64,000 nucleotides of DNA from Lentisphaerota bacterium (GCA_030590485.1 JAUUYL010000004.1:7878-71877); one strand, 5' to 3'. Shown: positions 30,166-41,718, counted from the stretch's first letter. A program made the numbers and translations. The notes: generated from the letters alone by a model not told the origin.

Positions 30166-30873
30166 TTAAAACCCGACTTTAACACCGAGAGAGCCATATA
30201 CTTTTGTGTCGTACATTCCGCCGTCTTTGAGATCAGGCAAAACATCATCCTCGAGCTGGGCGACATACGTCACCGTAGCGCTGACGGCTTTGTAACTTAA
30301 GCCAGCCGATATATCAGCATGCGAGAAGCCGCTCTCACCTTCATCCGCCTCCAGATAGCCAACTGCAACAGAAACCGCAGCACCTACGTTTTTAGAGAGT
30401 TCAAGCTCATGCCCGAGACCAAGCTCTACGTAGATGGAGTCTTCTATGCCTCCGTATAGGCCGTAATTTACCGATAATGATGGTGCTAGCACTACATCCA
30501 GACCAGCGGCTAATGTTACCTCGTGATCGGAGTCCACACCGTCATTCGGATACGTATAAGCCGTATACCCAACAGACAAGTCAGCGGCCTCACAAGGAAT
30601 GTTGTATCCTGCGATTATATCCACCTCATTGAACTTATGCTGCTTCAGCGTGCCATTGTAATCGTCTATATCCAGGTTACCCCACACCCCCAGATCAAAG
30701 TCTGAAAGATGAAACATGCCACCATGCTGAAACACAAGCCCGTCATTCAAGGTAGCACCCCTGAACACATACGCGCTCGCGAGGTCAAATGTAGCGCTCG
30801 CCGTTATATCCTCCGCCATCCCTACGGAGGTAAAAACCCAAACCGCCATTATTAATATTGATACTTTTCTCAT
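30166..30873 (-). CDS. Putative outer-membrane beta-barrel porin encoded in the amtB-glnK operon
   Basis: Signal peptide MRKVSILIMAVWVFTSVGMA, alternating amphipathic beta-strand pattern, C-terminal F. Start is taken at M26 of the ORF. Confidence 0.5.
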   Translation of the reverse strand: MRKVSILIMAVWVFTSVGMAEDITASATFDLASAYVFRGATLNDGLVFQHGGMFHLSDFDLGVWGNLDIDDYNGTLKQHKFNEVDIIAGYNIPCEAADLSVGYTAYTYPNDGVDSDHEVTLAAGLDVVLAPSLSVNYGLYGGIEDSIYVELGLGHELELSKNVGAAVSVAVGYLEADEGESGFSHADISAGLSYKAVSATVTYVAQLEDDVLPDLKDGGMYDTKVYGSLGVKVGF

Positions 30874-30948
30874 TTCTATATTTCCTTCATTTTCCCGTCC
30901 AACCATTAGCCATTTAACCATCAACCATGGATGATTGGCGAGCGCCAA

Positions 30949-31290
30949 TCATCCTATGGAGTCATACCCTGTTTCACCCGTTCTGATTCTAACGCATTCC
31001 ACCAGATCCATGACAAATATTTTTCCGTCACCGATCTTTCCCGTCTTAGCCCCTTCGCAAATTGCGCCAATTGTCTTCTTGACGTACTCCTTGTTTACCG
31101 CGATTTCAAGCCTCACCTTCTTAAGCAGGTTCACCTCTATGTCTGTCCCGCGGTAACTCTCGTGATATCCCATCTGTTCTCCGCAACCTAATGCGTTTGT
31201 AACCGACATCTTATGTACATCATTCTCAAACAACGCCTTCTTTACTGCATTCAGTTTTTCCGGCTGTATATATGCTACTATCAATTTCAT
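30949..31290 (-). CDS. glnK: Nitrogen regulatory protein P-II
   Basis: [20 protein letters not shown]...T-loop [16 protein letters not shown]...[11 protein letters not shown]. The T-loop lacks the canonical Tyr51 (RGTDI). Confidence 0.85.
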   Translation of the reverse strand: MKLIVAYIQPEKLNAVKKALFENDVHKMSVTNALGCGEQMGYHESYRGTDIEVNLLKKVRLEIAVNKEYVKKTIGAICEGAKTGKIGDGKIFVMDLVECVRIRTGETGYDSIG

Positions 31291-31374
31291 CTCTTCTCCT
31301 CCCATTCTTGATCTTACTCTTAGTCCCCGAATCAAGTTCGGGATCACTGCTACGTAGCGACTTAATCCTCTACC

Positions 31375-32745
31375 TTACTGACTTGTAAAGATCTGAAATC
31401 CTGAATATGCTTCCATTCCATGTTCACCAATATCCAGCCCTTTAAGTTCTTCATCTTCACTGACCCTTATGCCAACTGTAGATTTGAGACCTTTGAAGAT
31501 AAGAAATGCCACAGGGAAACACACAACAGCATAACTGGCGATTCCGACAAGTTGAACGCCCAGAGATATTGTATAAGCATCTGCACCCTCTCCAACAACT
31601 GTTCCGTTTGCGAAGACACCAACAAACAATGTGCCTAAAATTCCACAGACAAGGTGCACAGTCGTCGCACCAACAGGATCATCTATCCTGATTCGGTCAA
31701 AAGTCATAACGGAAACCACTGCTATTGCACCGCAAATTAGACCTACGAGAACCGCGACTCTTACCGACAATATATCCGCACCTGCAGTGATTCCGACTAA
31801 GCCAGCAAGACAGCCATTCAGAACCATACTTAAGTCAGGCTTCTTCTGTATGGTCCAGGACGCGATCATTGCACCCATGATTCCGGCAGCCGCAGCAAGC
31901 GAGGTCGTGGTCAGCACGTACGGTACTGCAGTCGGATCAGCCGACAACACAGAGCCGCCATTAAAACCAAACCATCCCAACCAAAGCAGAAACGCTCCGA
32001 TGGTCAACAGAGGCATATTGTGCCCCATGATCGGCTTAACCGTGCCGTTGACATACTTTCCAAGCCTTGGACCCAGCAAGATAATACCGGCCAACGCCGC
32101 CCATCCGCCTACAGAGTGAACAAGAGTCGAGCCAGCAAAGTCATGAAAACCCATCTCGGCCAACCAACCGCCGCCCCACTTCCATGAACCCACAAATGGA
32201 TACACGAGCATTACGTATATAGCCGAGAAGATCAGAAATGGTCCCAATTTTATTCTTTCAGCAACCGCACCCGAAACGATTGTTGCCGAAGTGGCAGCAA
32301 ACATCCCCTGAAACAGGAAATCCGTCCAGTAACTGTAATTACCCCCTGCATAGGCAATTCCGCCCGCGGCACCTTCAGGGCAACTAAGTCCCATGCCTGC
32401 AAAACCAAGCACTTTGCCAAACAACCAACTGTCGCCCGGATACATCAAGTTGAAACCTATTAACGTATAAGTCAGCAACCCTATAGAGACAATTGCAGTA
32501 TTCTTAAAAAGAATATTCACCGTATTTTTCGCTCTGGTCAACCCTGACTCTACAGTGGCAAACCCGAGATGCATAATAAATACGAGAAAGATGGAAACCA
32601 TCATCCAAATATTATTAGCCGTATACAACGCAATATCTGCGGTCGAATACTCAACCGCCGCCTCTTCCGCCATCACTTCACCTGCCCCCGCAAGGAATGC
32701 CAAAGCAACCCCCGCCACTATCATGTACTTGAACCAAGTTTTCAT
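31375..32745 (-). CDS. amtB: Ammonium transporter
   Basis: Signal peptide MKTWFKYMIVAGVALAFLAGAGEVMA, Amt motif DFAGSTLVHSVGGWAALAG, and 11 TM segments. RBS aaggagtagg precedes ATG at 32745; the upstream 11 codons in the ORF track are rejected. Confidence 0.9.
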   Translation of the reverse strand: MKTWFKYMIVAGVALAFLAGAGEVMAEEAAVEYSTADIALYTANNIWMMVSIFLVFIMHLGFATVESGLTRAKNTVNILFKNTAIVSIGLLTYTLIGFNLMYPGDSWLFGKVLGFAGMGLSCPEGAAGGIAYAGGNYSYWTDFLFQGMFAATSATIVSGAVAERIKLGPFLIFSAIYVMLVYPFVGSWKWGGGWLAEMGFHDFAGSTLVHSVGGWAALAGIILLGPRLGKYVNGTVKPIMGHNMPLLTIGAFLLWLGWFGFNGGSVLSADPTAVPYVLTTTSLAAAAGIMGAMIASWTIQKKPDLSMVLNGCLAGLVGITAGADILSVRVAVLVGLICGAIAVVSVMTFDRIRIDDPVGATTVHLVCGILGTLFVGVFANGTVVGEGADAYTISLGVQLVGIASYAVVCFPVAFLIFKGLKSTVGIRVSEDEELKGLDIGEHGMEAYSGFQIFTSQ

Positions 32746-32792
32746 ACCTACTCCTTCCATTTGAGTGTTAAGGTTCATTGACAGGGGTTATC

Positions 32793-32808
32793 GCAACAAG
32801 CGTGCCAA
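32793..32808 (-). promoter_or_regulatory. Sigma-54 (-24/-12) promoter for amtB
   Basis: The minus strand reads TTGGCACGCTTGTTGC, which matches the TGGCAC-N5-TTGC consensus exactly. It sits ~45 bp upstream of the amtB start. Confidence 0.6.
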
Positions 32809-32957
32809 CTTTACATGAAAATTACGCCAATTTTTTAACACTCTGCATTCAAAGGTCTTACATCGAAAAAGATGGAGAGCGAGGACTCTTTGCGCTATAA
32901 ATTTTATACATTTTTGTAGTTGACATCTAAACGTAATACATTATTGTAAGTGGCGTT

Positions 32958-34520
32958 ATGAGCTCATCTCAAGATAAAGCCAAGAGTAATTCAAAGCGGT
33001 CGAAGCTGGAGCTGGATATCTTCTATAAGATATCGCAGGCGATGGCGCATCAGCATGAGATCCCCACTCTCCTTAATGAAGTGCTGGATATTATGGAGAC
33101 GGAGCTTGGCCTTTCACGGGGTACTCTAGCCTTAAGACAGCCGGACTCGGACATCTTTGAGATCAAGGCATCGCGAGGCCTCACATCTGCCGAAAGAAAG
33201 CGTGGTCAATACAATCTTGGTGAAGGAGTCACCGGCATAGTGGCGAAGACAGGCAAGCCCGCCACCATAGCTGACATCTCAAAGGATCCTAATTTTCTCG
33301 ATCGCACCAAATCAAGAAAGGATGCCCGCGTCGCGTTTCTTTGCGTACCCATCACCCATCTGCGCCAGGTTATAGGCACGATAAGCATTGATCGCCCAAT
33401 TACCAGTGATGACGAACTTAAGCGGGACATTAAATTTCTCAAACTCGTAGCTGACCTCCTTGCCGAATCGGTATCAAGCATCAGAGAGCAAATGGAGGAG
33501 AAGGAAAGCCTTACAGCGGAGAACCGCCTGCTCAGACAACAGCTTGGCGACAGATATCACCCGAGCAACATAATTGGTAACTGCGGTAGCATGCGCCAGG
33601 TTTACGAGCATATCGCGCAAGTCGCCGACAGCGCGGCAACGGTACTGATTCGAGGTGAGTCAGGAACAGGCAAAGAACTTGTGGCGCGCGCCATCCAGGC
33701 AATAAGCCCCCGAAAGAACAACGCATTCATCTGCGTCAACTGCGCTGCCCTTCCTGAAAACCTTATAGAAAGCGAACTTTTCGGCCACGAAAAAGGCGCG
33801 TTTACAGGCGCAATGAACCAGCGAAAAGGCCGATTCGAAATGGCCAACGGCGGGACACTGTTCCTTGACGAAATAGGCGACATCTCCCCAAGCGTTCAAG
33901 TGCGCCTTCTACGCGTTCTCCAGGAGCAGACTTTTGAGCGAGTCGGAAGCGACAAGACAACGACCGTTAACGTACGAGTGATTACGGCCACAAGTAGCAA
34001 TTTGGAAGAAGCCATCAGGGACGGCAAGTTCAGAGAGGATCTGTACTACAGGCTCAACGTGTTTCCTATCCACATCCCTTCGCTACGCGAAAGACGAGCC
34101 GACATAATGATGTTGGCCGATTACTTCATTCAGAAATATAACGAGCTTTACAATAAGAATATCAAGAGGATTTCGACTGCAGCAATCAATATGATGATGG
34201 CATATCACTGGCCGGGAAACGTCAGAGAGCTTGAGAACTGCATTGAGAGAGCTGTCCTTACATGTACGGATAATGTCATCCATGGCTACGCGCTACCACC
34301 TTCTCTACAGACAAGCGATGAGACAAATACTGAAGTCATGTCCGCAGAAGGTGCTAGTTTAAAAGCACTACTTGAATCATACGAGCGAGAGATAATTATC
34401 GATGCGTTGAAAAAGCATCGCGGTAATGCTACCGCCGTAGCAAAGGAACTGCATGCAACGCAGCGAGTGATCAATTACAGTATCAAGCTGCTTGCCATCA
34501 CCCCGCATAACTATAAATAG
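32958..34520 (+). CDS. Sigma-54-dependent transcriptional activator with N-terminal GAF domain (NifA-like architecture)
   Basis: GAF domain (residues ~20-180), AAA+ sigma-54 interaction module [15 protein letters not shown]...[16 protein letters not shown]-terminal Fis-type HTH. Confidence 0.85.
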   Translation: MSSSQDKAKSNSKRSKLELDIFYKISQAMAHQHEIPTLLNEVLDIMETELGLSRGTLALRQPDSDIFEIKASRGLTSAERKRGQYNLGEGVTGIVAKTGKPATIADISKDPNFLDRTKSRKDARVAFLCVPITHLRQVIGTISIDRPITSDDELKRDIKFLKLVADLLAESVSSIREQMEEKESLTAENRLLRQQLGDRYHPSNIIGNCGSMRQVYEHIAQVADSAATVLIRGESGTGKELVARAIQAISPRKNNAFICVNCAALPENLIESELFGHEKGAFTGAMNQRKGRFEMANGGTLFLDEIGDISPSVQVRLLRVLQEQTFERVGSDKTTTVNVRVITATSSNLEEAIRDGKFREDLYYRLNVFPIHIPSLRERRADIMMLADYFIQKYNELYNKNIKRISTAAINMMMAYHWPGNVRELENCIERAVLTCTDNVIHGYALPPSLQTSDETNTEVMSAEGASLKALLESYEREIIIDALKKHRGNATAVAKELHATQRVINYSIKLLAITPHNYK

Positions 34521-34521
34521 T

Positions 34522-34547
34522 CTTTACGCTACCGCGTAAAGACTGGT
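34522..34547 (+). terminator. Hairpin immediately after the activator stop codon
   Basis: agtctttacgc-tacc-gcgtaaagact is an 11-bp perfect stem followed by T-rich sequence. Confidence 0.5.
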
Positions 34548-34584
34548 TATTAGTTATTGGGCTTAAGAATCAAAGACTTCACCA

Positions 34585-34692
34585 CCACACCGCCCTTCGC
34601 CTTGCCAGCCCTCCCGACTGGTCGGGGGCAGGCTGGGGCACCCCTCCGGAGGAGAGGAACAAGATTTAGAAGATCCCATCCTTGGAGGGGTC
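34585..34692 (+). repeat. GC-rich structured intergenic repeat, copy C (long form)
   Basis: cgcccttcgccttgccagccctcccgactggtcgggggcaggctggggcacccctccggaggagaggaa...agatcccatccttggaggggt. Confidence 0.7.
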
Positions 34693-34718
34693 CGCGCAGC
34701 GGGGGGTTGGTTGATACC

Positions 34719-35723
34719 CTACCGGAACTTACGAAGCACTTCTCGCGCGCTGATGAACGAGGCATAATCCTCGAGACCTGCCAGAGAATAAAATGACAGC
34801 CGAATTCCCAATTCCTTAGCTGCGGCCACAGCGTTCAAGCCGCCCGCGACAACCATGCCGCAATGCCCTTCCGAGACATTTATACCAAACAGCGGCTGAT
34901 TCGGCCGTCCGATAGCAAGAACTCCGCCAAGATTAAATTTTTTGATTCCTTTCACTATAGTCTTGATCTGATCAACCGCAGCAGTCGGGACCTCGCGAAA
35001 ACTGGCACATATTATTCCCGACCCCCGCAAAACAACATTTCTTACTCTGGTCATGTCGGCCCTGATAAAGATTTCAAGCGGGTCAAGCGTCGATCCACCA
35101 TACTCTATCATATTGACAAATCGAGTCATTCGTCGTTCCTTGATTTCCAGTAACCCTCCGAAGCGCGAAACAACAGGCACTCCCGCCTTCTGCAAAATAC
35201 CATTTAGCGTAAGACTACAAACAGTTCCAATGGCAGTAAACCCCTCAGGCACAATCATCCCTCCGAGCTCCTCGCCCGACTCCGCGACAGCCATCATATT
35301 CCCCATAACCAGATCCTGCGCAGCAACAAGCTGTATTTCCCTCACAATCCTTCCAACCTCAGCCGGATCGACCAAAGCTATATTGACAATTACGCTTCCC
35401 TCACCTTTCTCAGCATCCAGGGTCATTCGATATGCAAGCGTATCAACCTTTGCAGAGACTATTCCTACACGCGACACATGATCATCCGACGTCAACAGCT
35501 CCTGACGCCCCTTCTCCGTTATCTCTCTCCCCATTCTCCGACTGACAAGGCGCGTAAACCCACCGTCATCCAACTGCATAAGATAATGGCGAACCGTCCG
35601 AGGCTGAAGATCTACGCCCTCAGCCAAAAGCAAAGCCGCAATCTGCGATGCCCCAATCGGCCTCATCGTATCATTCAACGCCCTCAGAATCCCCATACGC
35701 GCACGATCAGCTCTCTCCGCCAT
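34719..35723 (-). CDS. Winged-helix regulator, possibly an NrpR-like (archaeal-type nitrogen repressor, DUF128) protein
   Basis: N-terminal wHTH (GILRALNDTMRPIGASQIAALLLAEG...RTVRHYLMQLDDGGFT...GREITEKG) plus a ~230-aa C-terminal domain. It sits between the nitrogen activator and gdhA. The family assignment is from memory. Confidence 0.35.
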   Translation of the reverse strand: MAERADRARMGILRALNDTMRPIGASQIAALLLAEGVDLQPRTVRHYLMQLDDGGFTRLVSRRMGREITEKGRQELLTSDDHVSRVGIVSAKVDTLAYRMTLDAEKGEGSVIVNIALVDPAEVGRIVREIQLVAAQDLVMGNMMAVAESGEELGGMIVPEGFTAIGTVCSLTLNGILQKAGVPVVSRFGGLLEIKERRMTRFVNMIEYGGSTLDPLEIFIRADMTRVRNVVLRGSGIICASFREVPTAAVDQIKTIVKGIKKFNLGGVLAIGRPNQPLFGINVSEGHCGMVVAGGLNAVAAAKELGIRLSFYSLAGLEDYASFISAREVLRKFR

Positions 35724-35894
35724 TTCTAAAACCTCCGCTTTATCTTACCGCTTCAATGAAAAGAAAACACCATTTCTACCGCATTCAACCGAATCAATGA
35801 TAAGTCTTGGACAAAACTATTAACGGCAATATTGCCGTTTAAATGTGCCTCTATATTGCATCATTGCGGTTGCATGTCAACGTTATTGGGGTAG

Positions 35895-37292
<1,398 letters not shown>

Positions 37293-37316
37293 GGCTGTTT
37301 AAAAGCAATTAGAAAG

Positions 37317-37353
37317 CGGCCCTGTATCACTACGATCAGGGCCGTTTTTCTTT
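37317..37353 (+). terminator. Rho-independent terminator of gdhA
   Basis: cggccctg-tatcactacgat-cagggccg followed by tttttcttt. Confidence 0.6.
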
Positions 37354-37482
37354 ATAGACTTCAAATTTAACATTAATCTGTTCAAGACGCTTGCATAGCG
37401 GCAACAATTTTGACAGATTGACTCTGCTGTCAGCAAATTACTGACATCCACTACAAATATTCTTAACCTTAAGGAGAACAAA

Positions 37483-38895
37483 ATGGGCGGTTTCTTCGGC
37501 GTAACTTCAAAAGACGACTGTGTTAATGATTTATTTTTCGGCACAGACTACCAGTCACATCTGGGCACGCAACGTGGTGGGCTTGCTGTAATCGACGGCG
37601 ACGAATTCACTCGGTTCATTCACGACATCCGCAACGCACAATTTCGTTCAAAGTTTGATGATGACATCAAAAAAATGAACGGCCCATCAGGAATCGGCGT
37701 CATCAGCGATTTCGAAGATCAACCCATTATGGTCAATTCACATCTTGGCCAGTATGCCATCGTCACAGTGGGCGTCATACAAAACGCCGAAGAGCTTGTC
37801 GCAAAGGCTTTCAAGAGAAAACATACACATTTCGCGGAAATGGGCGGCGGCTACGTCAACCCGACAGAAATAGTTTCCACCCTTATAAACGAAGAAAACT
37901 CTTTCGAAGCAGGTCTTGAAAGCGCTCAGGAACAGATCGAGGGCTCATGCTCCATCCTCCTCTTATGCAAAGACGGCATATATGCCGCTCGCGACAGATT
38001 GGGACGTACCCCTATCGTTATTGGCCGAAAAGAGGATTCTTATTGCGCCGCTACGGAAAACTGCTCGTTCCCAAATCTTGATTACGAAATAGAGAAGGAT
38101 CTTGGGCCTGGCGAAATAGTCCTGATGACCTCGCAAGGAATCGAGCAAAAGAAAGCTCCAAACGAAAAAATGCAGATATGCTCCTTCCTTTGGGTTTACT
38201 ACGGATATCCATCATCATCCTATGAAGGCATAAACGTTGAAAACGTCAGATATAGATGTGGAGCCGCACTCGCCAAGAACGACGCTCACACGGTCGACAA
38301 GGTGGCCGGCATACCAGATTCGGGAACAGCACATGCTATCGGATATGCCAACGAAGCAAAAGTTCCATACATGAGACCTTTCGTTAAGTACACACCAACA
38401 TGGCCTCGTAGTTTCATGCCGCAAAATCAGGAAATAAGAAATCTAGTCGCACGCATGAAGCTTATCCCAATCAAGGAATTGATCAAGGGTCACAGCATTG
38501 CATTCTGCGAAGACTCGATTGTACGCGGTACTCAGCTACAGGATATCGTGCAGAGGGTATTCGATTACGGAGCGAAAGAATTTCATATGCGCCCCGCCTG
38601 CCCGCCCCTGGTCTACGGTTGCAAATACCTGAATTTCTCAAGATCTAGATCAATACTGGATCTAGCAACAAGAAAAGCCATGAAGGAAATCGAAGGGACA
38701 GAGTATCCTGACAATCATGCGGAATACGCTGATTTCAATTCAGACAAATATGCGGAGATGATAGAAAGTATCCGCAAGCGCCTGAAACTGTCTTCTCTGC
38801 AATTCCAAAAACTTCCTGACCTTGTTGAGGCTATTGGCCTGCCAAAAGAAAAGCTCTGTACATACTGCTGGGACGGATGCGATGGCTGTAATTAG
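37483..38895 (+). CDS. Amidophosphoribosyltransferase (PurF) paralog lacking the N-terminal catalytic cysteine
   Basis: The Ntn class-II amidotransferase fold aligns with PurF (LFFGTDYQSHLGTQRGGLAVIDG) but begins MGGFFGV instead of MCG. PRPP-binding motif CEDSIVRGTQ. Strong RBS aaggagaacaaaATG. Confidence 0.65.
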   Translation: MGGFFGVTSKDDCVNDLFFGTDYQSHLGTQRGGLAVIDGDEFTRFIHDIRNAQFRSKFDDDIKKMNGPSGIGVISDFEDQPIMVNSHLGQYAIVTVGVIQNAEELVAKAFKRKHTHFAEMGGGYVNPTEIVSTLINEENSFEAGLESAQEQIEGSCSILLLCKDGIYAARDRLGRTPIVIGRKEDSYCAATENCSFPNLDYEIEKDLGPGEIVLMTSQGIEQKKAPNEKMQICSFLWVYYGYPSSSYEGINVENVRYRCGAALAKNDAHTVDKVAGIPDSGTAHAIGYANEAKVPYMRPFVKYTPTWPRSFMPQNQEIRNLVARMKLIPIKELIKGHSIAFCEDSIVRGTQLQDIVQRVFDYGAKEFHMRPACPPLVYGCKYLNFSRSRSILDLATRKAMKEIEGTEYPDNHAEYADFNSDKYAEMIESIRKRLKLSSLQFQKLPDLVEAIGLPKEKLCTYCWDGCDGCN

Positions 38896-38898
38896 ACG

Positions 38899-39753
38899 AT
38901 GAATAGAATTATAGAGACAACTCAGCTTTCGGACGATGTTTTTAAACTCATAGTTGACGCTCCCCTCATCGCGGAGGAGCGCAAACCTGGTCAGTTCATC
39001 ATCCTTCAAATCCATGACGATGGTGAGCGTATTCCGCTTACAATCGCGGATGGCAACAGCAAAAAAGGTACCATCACCCTGATATTCCAGGCTGTTGGCA
39101 GATCCACTCATATGCTCGCAAACTTTAAAGTGGGAGATGAGATTGCTCATCTACTCGGACCGCTCGGGACGCCCACACATATTGAGAAATTCGGACATGT
39201 AGTCTGCGTCGGCGGCGGGATTGGTGTCGCGCCAATGCATCCCATCGCTCAAGGAATGAAAGTGGCAGGAAACAAGGTGACAATCATCATGGGTGCCAGG
39301 AACAAGGAACTGATGGTTCTCGAGGACGAAATGCGTACCATAGCAGATGACCTGATTATCTGCACGGACGACGGCTCGCACGGCCGCAAATGTCTGGTCA
39401 CGGAACCGCTGAAGGAACTCTGCGAAAACGATCCGAAGCCCGATCTGGCTGTTGCCATAGGACCACCTATCATGATGAAGTTCTGCGCCGAGACGACCAG
39501 ACCTTACGAGGTCCACACGCTCGTATCACTAAACACTATAATGATAGACGGAACAGGAATGTGCGGCGGATGCAGAGTCTCTGTTGGCGGAAAAACTAAG
39601 TTCGTATGCGTAGACGGTCCGGAATTCGACGGACACAAAGTGGATTTTGATAACATGATGCTTCGACTCGGTGCTTACAAAAAGCGCGAAGCGGACGATC
39701 ATCACAAATGCCACATAGAGCTTGGAATAGATTGGACTGCGGACAAAGGATAG
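38899..39753 (+). CDS. nfnA: PyrK/NfnA-like FAD/NAD(P)-binding ferredoxin reductase subunit with C-terminal [2Fe-2S]
   Basis: FNR-like fold and C-terminal cluster motif GTGMCGGCRV...C. It is translationally coupled to the downstream GltD-like gene. Confidence 0.65.
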   Translation: MNRIIETTQLSDDVFKLIVDAPLIAEERKPGQFIILQIHDDGERIPLTIADGNSKKGTITLIFQAVGRSTHMLANFKVGDEIAHLLGPLGTPTHIEKFGHVVCVGGGIGVAPMHPIAQGMKVAGNKVTIIMGARNKELMVLEDEMRTIADDLIICTDDGSHGRKCLVTEPLKELCENDPKPDLAVAIGPPIMMKFCAETTRPYEVHTLVSLNTIMIDGTGMCGGCRVSVGGKTKFVCVDGPEFDGHKVDFDNMMLRLGAYKKREADDHHKCHIELGIDWTADKG

Positions 39754-41229
39754 ATGGATTATCACTTAATGAACGACGAAGCAAAGAAACAACTTGCCAA
39801 TATTGATTCACGCGAAGAACCGCTGAAGCCCAAAGACCGCATTGCGATTCCAACGCAGGAAATGCCAACGCAAGACCCGATTGAGCGAGGTAAAGATTTC
39901 ACCGAGGTTGCCACTGGCTACACTGCAGAACAGGCACAACTGGAGTCTATCCGATGCCTGCAATGTAAAACGGCACCATGTATAGCTGGCTGCCCGGTCG
40001 GAATCAACATCCCCGGCTTTCTCAAGGCTGCATCCGAAGGCAATTTCGAAAAATCTGTCCAAATCATAAAAGAAAGCAGTCTCCTTCCCGCAATATGCGG
40101 CAGAGTCTGTCCGCAGGAAACCCAGTGCCAGGAGCCATGCACAGTAGGTAAAGCACTTAAAGACGTCGAGCAGGCTGTCTCCATAGGACGCGTTGAACGA
40201 TATGTAGCTGACCTCGAACGTGACAATGGTATCGTAACCCCTGCCGTGAAATCGAAAACAGGCAAAAAAGTAGCTGTAATAGGAAGCGGTCCAGCGGGAC
40301 TCGTGGTGGCAGCAGACGTCCGACGAGAAGGTCATGACGTAACAATCCTGGAAGCATTCCACAAACCCGGTGGTGTCATGGTTTATGGCATTCCTGAATT
40401 CAGATTACCCAAGGCTATTGTTCAGACAGAAATCGACACCCTCATAGCTATGGGCGTGGAACTTAAAACCGATTTCGTAGTCGGACGCACCCGCAAACTC
40501 AAGGACCTGATCGAAAAAGACGGTTACGATGCTGTCTTCGTCGCAACAGGTGCAGGGTTGCCAAGATTCATGAATATCGAAGGCGAGAATCTTGTCGGAG
40601 TCTTTTCCGCAAATGAATATCTGACACGCGCAAATCTTATGAAAGCATACGACCGTGAAAACGCAGATACACCCATCATACAATCACGGAAGGTTGCTGT
40701 CCTGGGAGGCGGAAATGTTGCCATGGATTCTGCTCGCACCGCATTACGTCTTGGCGCAGAAGAAGTTCATATCGTTTACAGGCGCACGGAAAAAGAAATG
40801 CCCGCGCGAGTCGAAGAAGTTCACCACGCACAAGAGGAAGGCATCGTTTTCCATCTTCTAGAGAACGCAAAAAGCATACTTGGGGACGATCAGGGCCTCG
40901 TGACCGGCATGGAATGTCTGCGTTACGAGCTGGGCGCGCCGGACGAGTCCGGGCGACGCCGCCCCGTTGTTATCGAAGGAAGCGAATTTATTATGGATGT
41001 TGATACAGTAATTGTCGCTATCGGCAACGACTCGAATCCGCTCATCAAGCAGACCACCCCAGAAATCGAATGCAATAAATGGGGGAACATCATTGTCGAC
41101 GACACCGGAAAGACATCCATGGATTGCGTCTACGCAGGTGGCGACATCGTTCTGGGGGCGGCAACTGTAATCCTCGCTATGGGCGAAGGACGCAGAGCCG
41201 CAGCATCGATCAACGCATTGCTTGCGTAA
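39754..41229 (+). CDS. nfnB: GltD-like NADPH-dependent oxidoreductase (NfnB / glutamate synthase small-subunit family)
   Basis: N-terminal 2x[4Fe-4S] CLQCKTAPCIAGCP...CPQETQCQEPC, FAD/NADPH Rossmann motifs VAVIGSGPAGL and VAVLGGGNVAMD. Confidence 0.75.
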   Translation: MDYHLMNDEAKKQLANIDSREEPLKPKDRIAIPTQEMPTQDPIERGKDFTEVATGYTAEQAQLESIRCLQCKTAPCIAGCPVGINIPGFLKAASEGNFEKSVQIIKESSLLPAICGRVCPQETQCQEPCTVGKALKDVEQAVSIGRVERYVADLERDNGIVTPAVKSKTGKKVAVIGSGPAGLVVAADVRREGHDVTILEAFHKPGGVMVYGIPEFRLPKAIVQTEIDTLIAMGVELKTDFVVGRTRKLKDLIEKDGYDAVFVATGAGLPRFMNIEGENLVGVFSANEYLTRANLMKAYDRENADTPIIQSRKVAVLGGGNVAMDSARTALRLGAEEVHIVYRRTEKEMPARVEEVHHAQEEGIVFHLLENAKSILGDDQGLVTGMECLRYELGAPDESGRRRPVVIEGSEFIMDVDTVIVAIGNDSNPLIKQTTPEIECNKWGNIIVDDTGKTSMDCVYAGGDIVLGAATVILAMGEGRRAAASINALLA

Positions 41230-41346
41230 GAACAAACACCATTCCTTGCACTCAGCCATAAGCCATTCTAATCCGAAGGATCGTGCCGTATCAAAAACCT
41301 CTTTTGACACGCGGATCAATAACTACTGCTTTTGTTAGAAGCAGGC

Positions 41347-41718
41347 TTACCTGGCAATATCTTTATCGCCTTCCCACTTATCTTTAAATCTGATGCCTAC
41401 AGCATCTACCTGTGTTAGCGTCCTGGTAAAAAGAATGAAGAACTGTGTGCAATTTTCCACGGTTATCTCTATTAACGCATCCGCCCCGACATTTTCTTTG
41501 GCCTTTTTAATAGCATCTCTTGTTGAGTTACCTTTTGTAACTGGAATAAGGCCTAAAATTGCGAATCGACTGTCCGCAGCCGATGTAGGGCCAATCACAT
41601 TATACGATTTAGCATGTAGCGGTGTATTTGACGCGGCTATACCACCCGGATAAGAAGCGCATCCGGCCAACATAGCACTCATTATGATCACTAATAACAA
41701 ACCAATGTATTTGCTCAT
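41347..41718 (-). CDS. Small lipoprotein (TRL-like family candidate)
   Basis: Signal peptide with lipobox MSKYIGLLLVIIMSAMLAGC. ~100-aa mature domain. Confidence 0.4.
   Translation of the reverse strand: MSKYIGLLLVIIMSAMLAGCASYPGGIAASNTPLHAKSYNVIGPTSAADSRFAILGLIPVTKGNSTRDAIKKAKENVGADALIEITVENCTQFFILFTRTLTQVDAVGIRFKDKWEGDKDIAR

Noticed and set aside
32746-32778. N-terminal extensions of amtB (MNLNTQMEGVG), purD (51 aa), the FAD dehydrogenase (74 aa), the porin (25 aa), glnK (19 aa) and the RRM protein (10 aa)
   Set aside because: The extensions contain the RBS and promoter or lack homology. The conserved N-termini and signal peptides begin at internal Met codons.
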